From: an uncultured Candidatus Poseidoniales archaeon
GTDB taxonomy: Archaea; Thermoplasmatota; Poseidoniia; Poseidoniales; Poseidoniaceae
Reading direction: 5' to 3'
Assembly (NCBI GenBank): GCA_905182185.1
Contig: CAJJAP010000001.1
Location: 139,167-203,166 of the forward strand
Length of the DNA: 64,000 bases
Shown piece after piece: positions 29,424-37,983 of the stretch. The translations under genes and the position numbers were made by a program. The notes under the pieces are model-generated. The model made no database searches and was not told where the DNA came from. It saw nothing but the letters and a program-made list of their open reading frames with translations. How positions within the stretch are numbered: position 1 is the stretch's first letter; each line of letters opens with the position of its first letter.

Positions 29424-30623
29424 TCATACTTTTCTTGCATCGGTTCCGGCCAACTTTGCGATTTTCAAACCGCTCGACCAAGATACGATTTTCGCATCAG
29501 CAACAACGGCATCTCCTTTGATGAATGTTGTAACTACATCATTTTCACTCTTAGGGATCATTATTGTCACCTTGTATGGACCTCCATCAAGTATTCCTAG
29601 AATCGAATATCCTCCACGATAGTGGTCGGTTACCATCAAAGTTCTTTCAATCCTTTCAACTTTAATGGTACAAAGGCTACTACTGGCTTTTGCAATAATT
29701 GCCCTTTCTTCAGATGACAATCTAGATGAATACAATTCTTCAATAAGTTTTTCATTAATGGTATTTACATTTTCATCTAAAATTATGCTGGAAGGTTCTT
29801 CAATAACGATTGTTTCAGGAACTGGCATTGGACTTTCAACTACTTGCTGTTGAGGTATTTCTTCCTCCATGATGTCAATTACGTCAATTGTCTCATCAAT
29901 ATCAGGTTTTTGTTCTACTACTGTGACAGCAGGTGCTTCCGGCAGAGAGGGTTCTGGTGTAACGACATTATTTTCGAAGCCCATTTCTTCTAAGAACGCC
30001 CACCATTCTTCAACGGTGACTACACCATCTTGGTTTGCATCTAAGATCTCAAAGATTGTTTTGACAACCCACGGAGGAGGGGGTGTACCAGTCATTTTGA
30101 CAATGAGGAGCATTATTTCAGATTCTGCAATGGTCCCGTCAGCATCTCCATCGAGCATTTGTGTTAGTTGTGGAATCGTATATCCAGCTTGAATAAGGGA
30201 TTGTCCGAAATTTTTCCTTATCATTTCGACCATAGGATTATCAGAGGCTTTACTTTCAATCTTATCTACAACAGATGAAGAAGCACTTGCGATTTTATTT
30301 CTTGCCCCTTGTGTTGCTTTTTGTTGCAAATCTTCCTTTGAATTATGGATTTGAGATGCAACTCCAACAGTACTTGCCGCAGCGACAGCAGCAGCTACAT
30401 CGCCTGTGGAGAAAGATTGGCGCCAAGCCGAAATCGATGGATTAGAATCTAAAATGGATAGAGTTTGCATGCGGTTTGAAGGATTTATTTTGATGCCATA
30501 TTGGGCAGCAATAACACCAAGTTGGCTATCGGATAAGGCCGATAATTGCCCTCGACTTTTCGTAAAAGAATCTTCTATTTCAGCCTTCATTGCTTGTAAT
30601 TCACTATAACTCATTCCACTCAT
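29424..30623 (-). CDS. Hypothetical protein with a canonical EF-hand pair
   Basis: Two 12-residue Ca-binding loops: DGDADGTIAESE and DANQDGVVTVEE. Acidic linker. The C-terminal ~100 aa look like a beta-rich domain. Confidence 0.65.
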   Translation of the reverse strand: MSGMSYSELQAMKAEIEDSFTKSRGQLSALSDSQLGVIAAQYGIKINPSNRMQTLSILDSNPSISAWRQSFSTGDVAAAVAAASTVGVASQIHNSKEDLQQKATQGARNKIASASSSVVDKIESKASDNPMVEMIRKNFGQSLIQAGYTIPQLTQMLDGDADGTIAESEIMLLIVKMTGTPPPPWVVKTIFEILDANQDGVVTVEEWWAFLEEMGFENNVVTPEPSLPEAPAVTVVEQKPDIDETIDVIDIMEEEIPQQQVVESPMPVPETIVIEEPSSIILDENVNTINEKLIEELYSSRLSSEERAIIAKASSSLCTIKVERIERTLMVTDHYRGGYSILGILDGGPYKVTIMIPKSENDVVTTFIKGDAVVADAKIVSWSSGLKIAKLAGTDARKV

Positions 30624-30754
30624 TGAAAAGCCTCGTTGATGTTTTTAGTTTGAAAGGACTTTGTTCATTATCTTGTTGGTATTGAAAATTAGAAAAATCT
30701 AGGCAATAAAAACTCATAAAAAATTATTAATATCCATTGACCAAGTAGTCACTT

Positions 30755-32125
30755 TTATGGAAATTGTACCTTAGGCCACTCATCGCCTTCACTATTTTGC
30801 CACACAATCGTAGATAATATCTGAATCATTTCTTGCTCCGATTGAATATCTCTTTCAATTTGAATACGATGTAGCCATGATTTCAAATGACCCAATTTAG
30901 GTCCACGGGTAATAGCGGTCAAATTCATCAACTGATTTCCATCTAATATTGATTTACCATTCGGTTTTAGTGGAGGTAATTCTGAAGATTTGTTAATTAA
31001 TTGTTCAATTTGTTGTAGACTAAATTCATCGCTGGGTCTCTGTGGCAGAACAATTGAAAACTTTCTTATTAGGTATTCTAATTGTAAATGATTCGCTGCT
31101 TGCTCGCCTAATACATGGCGATGTACTCTTATTTCTCCAATAACATTGTTTGGAAGATGGCCCATCCGAGAAACAGTTCCGATCACATGATCACGTTCAT
31201 ATTTAGAGACTTTCAAATCATTCAGCAAATCTACAATTTGGTCTCGGTCTGTTTCACTGAGCAGAATTGAAAGTACTGACAAATAATCTGCATTATTTAC
31301 TGTAAATTCTGAAATGGCTTCAAAAATTGGGCTCGCTAGGTTCCATTCGCTATTCAAAACGATATCTAGAACTCCGTCCTTTAGCATTAAAGCAAGTACA
31401 ACAGATGCATTTTTCCCTGAAAGAATTTTCTTAAATTCATTCCAAATCCGTTCTGGTGCGACATTTGATAGCATTGTCCTTTTTTGCGATAATGCTTGAG
31501 CAAGGTTATTGTCGGGATACCAAATTCCAGCCTCATTGCGGTCCATAAACCGATATGCCCGCATTATTCTCAACCCATCTTCCGCCAATCTTAGAGATGC
31601 ATGACCAACAGCACGCAGTACTCCGCGTTCAAGGTCATCAATCCCATTGTGGGGGTCATGTAATATCATTCTAGAGACATCTATGGCCATCGCATTGATT
31701 GTGAAATCACGTCGTTGCAAATCCTGTTCTAGACTGGTTCCCCAATTTACTATCTGTGGGCGCCTGCCATCAACATACTGTGATTCAGTACGAAGAGTTG
31801 TACATTCGTACATCGAATCACCACCTCGCAATGTCAACGTACCAAAATCAACTCCTGTTTCTATTGCGTCAGAGAATATTGTAAGCATTTTTTGGGGATC
31901 GAAGTCCACTGCCAAGTCTATGTCGGTGACATCTGCTCCAAGCATGACATCTCTTGGTGCCCCGCCGACTATCCAGACACCTCCACCTTCTTCGGCAATA
32001 GTATTGATAATTGAAAGCAACTTTGAATCTAAGTTCTGAAGCCATTTAATCATTTTTGGGGGACATTGTTGTGCGGCAACATCTGAAAGATTACCTGCCA
32101 CTGGCCAATCATGTTGTCCATCCAT
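30755..32125 (-). CDS. Class II (bacterial-type) tRNA nucleotidyltransferase / poly(A) polymerase family protein (start uncertain: 32125 or 32053)
   Basis: GGGVWIVGGAPRDVMLGADVTDIDLAV, RRDFTINAM and EDGLRIMRAYRF are the head and neck motifs of the class II CCA/PcnB family. Confidence 0.8.
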   Translation of the reverse strand: MDGQHDWPVAGNLSDVAAQQCPPKMIKWLQNLDSKLLSIINTIAEEGGGVWIVGGAPRDVMLGADVTDIDLAVDFDPQKMLTIFSDAIETGVDFGTLTLRGGDSMYECTTLRTESQYVDGRRPQIVNWGTSLEQDLQRRDFTINAMAIDVSRMILHDPHNGIDDLERGVLRAVGHASLRLAEDGLRIMRAYRFMDRNEAGIWYPDNNLAQALSQKRTMLSNVAPERIWNEFKKILSGKNASVVLALMLKDGVLDIVLNSEWNLASPIFEAISEFTVNNADYLSVLSILLSETDRDQIVDLLNDLKVSKYERDHVIGTVSRMGHLPNNVIGEIRVHRHVLGEQAANHLQLEYLIRKFSIVLPQRPSDEFSLQQIEQLINKSSELPPLKPNGKSILDGNQLMNLTAITRGPKLGHLKSWLHRIQIERDIQSEQEMIQILSTIVWQNSEGDEWPKVQFP

Positions 32126-32196
32126 AGCATCCCCTCCGGTGTTGTTCAAGTCCAAGTGCGCCAAAGCATTATCGCAGGTTGGAGATTGGCAGAGCC

Positions 32197-32628
32197 ATGA
32201 TGTGGGATGAGAGTGATGTGCGGTTGGTCCCATTAGAGTGGCTTAAACCACATGAACAGATAAAGACTAGAAATAGAGATAAACTCCTTGATATGACTAA
32301 AAGGTGGCAAGGATATACTAAGCCACTAATCGTTGATCAAGTAACTGGTGCAATTCTTGATGGACACCACCGCCATGCCATTGCAGTGTTACTTGAACTG
32401 AAAAGAATACCAGTGATTTGTGTCGATTATTTAGGTGATGAAAGCATTACTGTAGATGTTTGGCCTGGCTGTGGGATAGATTCACTTACTAAACAAGAGG
32501 TGCTGGAAATGAGTTTTTCAGATGACTTATTTCCACCAAAAACAAGTCGTCACACAATCGCAGACCACCTTCCTCCAATCCATATCTCTCTTGACATATT
32601 GAAATTAGAGGGCAATCTTCAACCTTGA
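32197..32628 (+). CDS. ParB/sulfiredoxin-like domain protein (DGHHR motif)
   Basis: LEWLKPHEQ...PLIVDQVTGAILDGHHRHAIA is a ParB N-terminal-like nuclease/NTPase fold signature. The ATG at 32197 is preferred over the TTG at 32179. Confidence 0.6.
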   Translation: MMWDESDVRLVPLEWLKPHEQIKTRNRDKLLDMTKRWQGYTKPLIVDQVTGAILDGHHRHAIAVLLELKRIPVICVDYLGDESITVDVWPGCGIDSLTKQEVLEMSFSDDLFPPKTSRHTIADHLPPIHISLDILKLEGNLQP

Positions 32629-34457
32629 CGGGTAGCGATATAATCACGCCATTTTTGGTTACCGTTTCCTTCTAATTTCACTTTGTGCTGAATCTTGCTA
32701 ATCATCTTGATATCAGCCGATTGAATCACACCTTCATGGCTGTAAAGAATATTGGCCATCTTTTCATTCTGACCCTTCAATGAACTGTTTAGTTTGTTAT
32801 TTGAATCAGTTCTTCTTCCATTTATTGCAATTATTTCATCACCAGGCATCAATAATTCACGTACAGGGGAGCCTGTTTGATGAGTTGTAACAATTATTTT
32901 ACCCGCAGAGTCCTTGGTAGAAACGCCTAGCCAAGCATTTTCTAGAACGCTTTGTTGCTCTTTCTTTTTTACATCGCTAACCAATTTTAAAGAAAAATAT
33001 TTACATGCTTTCTCAACATCTGGCAATTGGCGATTTTTCATCAATGAATCTAGCATAGTTCCCAATCTTGAACCCCCATCGATTGAAGTTAATGCCTTTC
33101 TTATGTCTCCATAATTAACTCCGAGTTGGACTGCAGAATCATATTCTATAGCATGTCTCTTACATAATTCAACCATTAGATCACAGATTCCAGTATTGCC
33201 ATTTGAACGCCGCTGTAATTCAGCATCTAGGCAAAAAATAGCAAGTTCTCCTTCATTATAATAAGAGATTTGTGTCTCTCTAGAGAATGAGTGACCTCGG
33301 TATAAATGAATCCATGCATCATGACTTGATTCACTCAAAGATTCAAATTGCATACCATTCCTTGTTGTAGTGCGCTTCATCTTCCTCATCCAATCCTTGC
33401 GCCAGTCTTGTTCAGACCATGCACCTGAGCGTACACAAATCATATCTCCTAGCCATGAAGTACATCCTTCAAACCACCAAAGTAATTCGGTATGTGCCTC
33501 TCTTTGCAAATCAAAATCGAGGAAATTCCTTGGCCTCAATCGTTTTACATTCCATTGATGTAGGTATTCATGGGAAAATAAACTAACCAAATCAAGATAT
33601 TCGTCAGTATGATTTGGCATTAAGCACTGACGGGGTAACATTGATGTCTGTGAATTTAGATGTTCTAATCCACCACGGGACTTTTCAGTTAATTGAATTA
33701 CCGTGACGTAATTATCCCATGGAGGAATTCCAAACAAAGCATGATGCTCTTTGATGACTTTATTCATATCTAGTTTGAATTTTTCGAGCATCTCTATATC
33801 GATTGGATGACCCCCACTATCCCATAATTTGAGGATATGATTGCGACCATCTACTTTCCAACAAATATTTTCATTTTCATTAGCTTCAATTATCCCATCT
33901 AGTAATTCGTCACGGTTGGGTGCAGAGAACAAATAGGTAGTTCCATCATTTCCTGTTAGCACTCCCTTACATGAAGTGCTGTTCTCTAGTTTGTATTGTG
34001 TGGCAGCAGACCAAGATGAAGGGGTATGCAAAGAAATTGAGTGCTTCTGATTCATTCTTTCTAAGTTGATTCCAGAGGTTGGTAGAAACCAAGTAAAAGG
34101 GGGCATTATATGGATGTGGCTTGAATCAAGATGGTTCGATCTGCAAGATAATTCAGTTGCTAATAATTTGTAAGTGATAGAAATAGATTTTGTGTTTTGA
34201 GGTACTTTTATTTTCATTGCATCAACTTCGTATCGGAATGAATTCAATTCAACTCCGGCATCATCTATGGCAACGAATTCAGTCATATGTTGGATTGGCT
34301 CTCTTAGGAAATATGACCCAGGAACCCATCTTGGGAAATGAAGTTTGAGAATCGGTTGTGTAAATGGTCCATCGATGTCGATGCCAACACTCACCCGCCG
34401 AGAATTGCCCTCAGTAGCATCGGTTGAGAAGGTAATACCTGAATTTACTGGGCTCAT
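32619..34457 (-). CDS. M61 family (glycyl aminopeptidase-like) metallopeptidase with a C-terminal PDZ domain
   Basis: HEYLHQWNVKRLRP zincin motif with downstream WWFEGCTSW. The C-terminal PGDEIIAINGRR is PDZ-like. Confidence 0.8.
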   Translation of the reverse strand: MSPVNSGITFSTDATEGNSRRVSVGIDIDGPFTQPILKLHFPRWVPGSYFLREPIQHMTEFVAIDDAGVELNSFRYEVDAMKIKVPQNTKSISITYKLLATELSCRSNHLDSSHIHIMPPFTWFLPTSGINLERMNQKHSISLHTPSSWSAATQYKLENSTSCKGVLTGNDGTTYLFSAPNRDELLDGIIEANENENICWKVDGRNHILKLWDSGGHPIDIEMLEKFKLDMNKVIKEHHALFGIPPWDNYVTVIQLTEKSRGGLEHLNSQTSMLPRQCLMPNHTDEYLDLVSLFSHEYLHQWNVKRLRPRNFLDFDLQREAHTELLWWFEGCTSWLGDMICVRSGAWSEQDWRKDWMRKMKRTTTRNGMQFESLSESSHDAWIHLYRGHSFSRETQISYYNEGELAIFCLDAELQRRSNGNTGICDLMVELCKRHAIEYDSAVQLGVNYGDIRKALTSIDGGSRLGTMLDSLMKNRQLPDVEKACKYFSLKLVSDVKKKEQQSVLENAWLGVSTKDSAGKIIVTTHQTGSPVRELLMPGDEIIAINGRRTDSNNKLNSSLKGQNEKMANILYSHEGVIQSADIKMISKIQHKVKLEGNGNQKWRDYIATRQG

Positions 34458-35458
34458 ATATTGAGTTCAGCAGCGGCGGTTGAAAGGTTCTCTGCTGTGA
34501 CTTTCAGTAAAGGGTCTTGGCAATGGGTAGCGAATTCAACAGCATGTGCATTAATTTCTGGCTCTCCAGCTCTTCCGATTAAGCGTTCAAGCAGCCTTGC
34601 CTTTTCTATGGTTGGAAGTCTATCATCATCCATCAACTTCCATAGCAGTGCATCACTTTTACTATCCTTTCTTCCTCTTAACCAGCGAGCAATAATAGAA
34701 AGTTGTCCTGCCTTGATCAATGTTTGAACTTGTTCATCATCGACATCATTACACATTTCAGATAGGACTTTACTAAATTGTAGGTTTTTATTTGAAGGGC
34801 ATGAATCAATCAATTTGAGAAAAGAATCTCCGCCTAAATTAATTGCAGGTTTACTAAGCAATGAACTATCAATTCCGCATTTTATCAAACTGACAATATT
34901 TTGTTCAGATATAGATTCGCCATTTGAAATAATAACTCTCAAAGCCGCTTCTTTGACCGAATTATTTGGGTCTTCAAGACCTTTAGAGCGTAATTCCTCA
35001 TCTGCTGATGAACCACAATAAGCGAGTTTACGGATTTGATAATCAGTGTTTTGTGACAGCCTTTGGGCTAACTCAAGGTTTTCGGAGTCTTGCAATAGTG
35101 AAGCAGCAGCCTTTCTTTGGCAATTCAGGTCATCGAATGCAAGCAAAATTTTAGCATATTTTTCGGATTCGCTTCCGAATTGAATTAATAGGCTCGCAGC
35201 ACAGCGGTTTGCATCTATCCACTTATGTTCAACTAAAGGTTTCAAACTTTCAATTCCACTTTCAACAGCCCACTTACGGTGCGCTTCTAATGACTTAGAT
35301 CGAAACCATGGGTCGTTGTCATTTAGTAATGGTACGAATGCTTCTAATGCCCGTGGAATATCCAAATCAAATAATACACGTATTGCTCTTCTTCTTTGGC
35401 GAATATCCCTATGAGATAACCTTGCCATCTCAGTATTTAGTCCGCCTGCCATGAACAT
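34454..35458 (-). CDS. HEAT-repeat (PBS-lyase HEAT-like) protein
   Basis: Repeated ~30-aa helical units (RRRAIRVL..., DPWFRSKSLEA..., NNSVKEAALRV...). Its stop overlaps the M61 start (ATGA on the minus strand at 34454-34457). Confidence 0.65.
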   Translation of the reverse strand: MFMAGGLNTEMARLSHRDIRQRRRAIRVLFDLDIPRALEAFVPLLNDNDPWFRSKSLEAHRKWAVESGIESLKPLVEHKWIDANRCAASLLIQFGSESEKYAKILLAFDDLNCQRKAAASLLQDSENLELAQRLSQNTDYQIRKLAYCGSSADEELRSKGLEDPNNSVKEAALRVIISNGESISEQNIVSLIKCGIDSSLLSKPAINLGGDSFLKLIDSCPSNKNLQFSKVLSEMCNDVDDEQVQTLIKAGQLSIIARWLRGRKDSKSDALLWKLMDDDRLPTIEKARLLERLIGRAGEPEINAHAVEFATHCQDPLLKVTAENLSTAAAELNI

Positions 35459-35497
35459 CCCACCCTACATCTCATTATAGCCGCTGTGGCTCATAAT

Positions 35498-36499
35498 TCA
35501 GATTCCAAAGTCATCGAATTTGAAGTGATTATCAGAGTCCTTATCATACCCACCAGGGCTTGCCAAATCCGGTTGAATCATAAGTTGCAATAATGGCCAC
35601 AAGCGAATGAATGAAGGTGATGCTAGATACAATAAACGAATCATCGGGTGTTCTTCAGTAGTTATTCCAGATTCACCTGGGGGAGGTAAATCATCTGGCA
35701 ACTCACGTAAATCAACTATCAAATCAGTAATGGATTGTTGCTCTTGTTGTGTGATCATTTCTATGTCTCGGAAAGTTTCTATCGCTAATTCAAGGATGTC
35801 TGCCAACTCATTAGGATTGATTGGTCCAACTTCAGCATCTGAAAGATCCACTGGGCCAAAACTAACATGTCCAAGGTCAGTTGGAAGTAACTCACCATTT
35901 TGGCATTCCAACTTGATTAATTTTTGTCCAGCACTTCTGCCTAGTGGTGCGATTACGAACCCAGACTCTGAAATCCTATTGTTAACCCATTCTGGTAACT
36001 GCTTTATTTGGCCTGTAATCAATACGCGATTTAACTCACCGGGGAAGGCAATAGGAGAGACCTGTAATGATTCAATGTGCCTTATCTCAACATTCGGCAA
36101 ATAAGTTAGCCGAGCTGCTGCGTGCTTAGTGACACTTTGAGAAGGATCTAATACCTTGACGTTGCCTTCTTCTCCTACAATTAAAGCGATTAATGCTGCG
36201 ATATATCCACTTTTACAACCGATTAAAATGACTTCATTGCCCTTTTGTAATTCTAAGTGGTATAATAGGGTCACAATCATATGTGGTGCAGAAATTGTTT
36301 TGACTGCACCTTTTTCATTTTTCAGGAAAGTAATGGGCCTGTCAGCAAAGAAATCCGCTGTCTCAAAATCAGTGAAGTAACCGACTTCAATCGTCATCAT
36401 TGCTTCTTTAATGGCATCAGTCATTGGAACGCCACCTTTTTCTAGGCGTTTCAATAATTCTTTCATTTCCGATTTGTCGCTCATCAAAATACCCCCCAT
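35498..36499 (-). CDS. Protein-L-isoaspartate O-methyltransferase-like protein with a C-terminal extension
   Basis: ISAPHMIVTLLYHLELQKGNEVILIGCKSGYIAALIALIVG resembles the PCMT core. The SAM motif (LEIGTGSGY in canonical enzymes) is partly diverged. Confidence 0.65.
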   Translation of the reverse strand: MGGILMSDKSEMKELLKRLEKGGVPMTDAIKEAMMTIEVGYFTDFETADFFADRPITFLKNEKGAVKTISAPHMIVTLLYHLELQKGNEVILIGCKSGYIAALIALIVGEEGNVKVLDPSQSVTKHAAARLTYLPNVEIRHIESLQVSPIAFPGELNRVLITGQIKQLPEWVNNRISESGFVIAPLGRSAGQKLIKLECQNGELLPTDLGHVSFGPVDLSDAEVGPINPNELADILELAIETFRDIEMITQQEQQSITDLIVDLRELPDDLPPPGESGITTEEHPMIRLLYLASPSFIRLWPLLQLMIQPDLASPGGYDKDSDNHFKFDDFGI

Positions 36500-37198
36500 T
36501 TAGCGCATTTCTAACCACGCGAAGAATGAAATGATTGGAAGTAATATAATTAATATTTTATTTGTTTTCCTTTGATAGTTGATATGATCAACCGAAGGTT
36601 GAGGGATGACCTCGATAGATTTTGCACTTCTATTCCTCCTAGTGATGTTGACGTTTTCCTCGATATATGATAGAACTACATTGCGGAGATTTTGCTGGTT
36701 ACTACTACTTTTTCCTTGGCCAACAATGAATCTGATCGGATAATTCTCTGCTATAATTAACGCGTCTCTAAGGACATTCTCAATATTTGTTAAATTATGC
36801 ATATCAATTCGAATTGTTCTTCCATCGCTATTAATATGGCTCAAAGCCCGCCATTTACCTTGACCTTCATTATGGATTTGTAATGCTTCTCGTGCTACTT
36901 TTACTGGTTCATCAGCCAAAGCAACAGGCCTTCTTCTCCTCGCAAGGAATGGGCCGAGAATAATAGACATAAAAACAGGAGGCAAACATAGCAGTGATAC
37001 CAACCTTTGCAATTCGCTGGGGTCTGTTAAAACAGAAACTACCGATAGTGAAAACCCGAGATATAAGCCAAGAAATCCTCCAGCCTGCATGCCCAAAGAC
37101 AAACCAACAGGCTCACCTTCTAGTTCCCCCATATGGTTGAGGGAATTGGCAGATATCATCAATGCTTTGATGAATAAAAGAATAATACCTTCCGGCAC
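36500..37198 (-). CDS. Membrane-anchored Smr-domain protein (start uncertain)
   Basis: N-terminal TM segments, then IRIDMHNLTNIENVLRDAL...IRFIVGQGKSS (Smr LDLHG...HGxG pattern with G-to-N and H-to-Q changes), then a C-terminal TM. Its stop abuts the downstream start with no gap. Confidence 0.55.
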   Translation of the reverse strand: MPEGIILLFIKALMISANSLNHMGELEGEPVGLSLGMQAGGFLGLYLGFSLSVVSVLTDPSELQRLVSLLCLPPVFMSIILGPFLARRRRPVALADEPVKVAREALQIHNEGQGKWRALSHINSDGRTIRIDMHNLTNIENVLRDALIIAENYPIRFIVGQGKSSSNQQNLRNVVLSYIEENVNITRRNRSAKSIEVIPQPSVDHINYQRKTNKILIILLPIISFFAWLEMR

Positions 37199-37210
37199 TG
37201 TGGAAAGGTT

Positions 37211-37981
37211 ATGGGCAAGAATGGGTTGACTAATCGTGAACCTGAAAGGAAAGTCGGTATGTGGGTCTTCTACATATGCGGTTTTCTTTTCGTATCCTTT
37301 TTCGTCGCACCCTTAATTCTACCAGAAGGCACTGTCACAGATATCTCTGGACGAGCGAATGCATTAGATTTTGCAACAAAGGATGGATTTGGGTCATCTG
37401 GAAATAGTGTGCAAGCATCTGCGCCACATACGCATGACGATGGTACAATTCACAATCATAACCAATTTGCTTGGATGGAGTTAGATCCATATACTGGATT
37501 TATTTATGCATTTGGAGATTTGAATTGCCATAATAAGCATGAACGCTCATGGGAAATTAACGGTAATCAAATGCCAGTTTGTACTAGGGATGTTGGAATC
37601 TTCTTTGGTTTGGCAATCGGTGGTTTAGTGTTTTCTAGAAAGGGATATAATCGTTGGACAATCAAGGATACATGCTTATCGTTGATTCCAGATCAGTTGT
37701 TGGAGAAAATCTATAGAGGCAATTATAGAACCTTGTCTTGGCTCGGTTTTGGGGTTTTATTATGCGTCCCTTTAATGATTGATGGCTTCACGCAATTATT
37801 GACTGACTATGAATCTAATAATCTTGCAAGAATACTAACAGGTGCACCATTTGGTTTCGGTCTTGCAATTTTGATTTCTTCAATGTATTCCGCAAGACCT
37901 GTTAAGTTCGAAACTGCAAGTCAGGTAATTTTGCCAGGTGGGGCAAAGTTTGAGTTAATGGAAGAATTAGAAGAAGAATGA
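37211..37981 (+). CDS. DUF2085-like membrane protein (start may be the internal ATG at 37259)
   Basis: FGDLNCHNKHERSWEINGNQMPVCTRDVGIFFG fits the DUF2085 CH...R-S...C-x-R-x-x-G pattern. Several TM segments. Confidence 0.6.
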   Translation: MGKNGLTNREPERKVGMWVFYICGFLFVSFFVAPLILPEGTVTDISGRANALDFATKDGFGSSGNSVQASAPHTHDDGTIHNHNQFAWMELDPYTGFIYAFGDLNCHNKHERSWEINGNQMPVCTRDVGIFFGLAIGGLVFSRKGYNRWTIKDTCLSLIPDQLLEKIYRGNYRTLSWLGFGVLLCVPLMIDGFTQLLTDYESNNLARILTGAPFGFGLAILISSMYSARPVKFETASQVILPGGAKFELMEELEEE

Positions 37982-37983
37982 AT

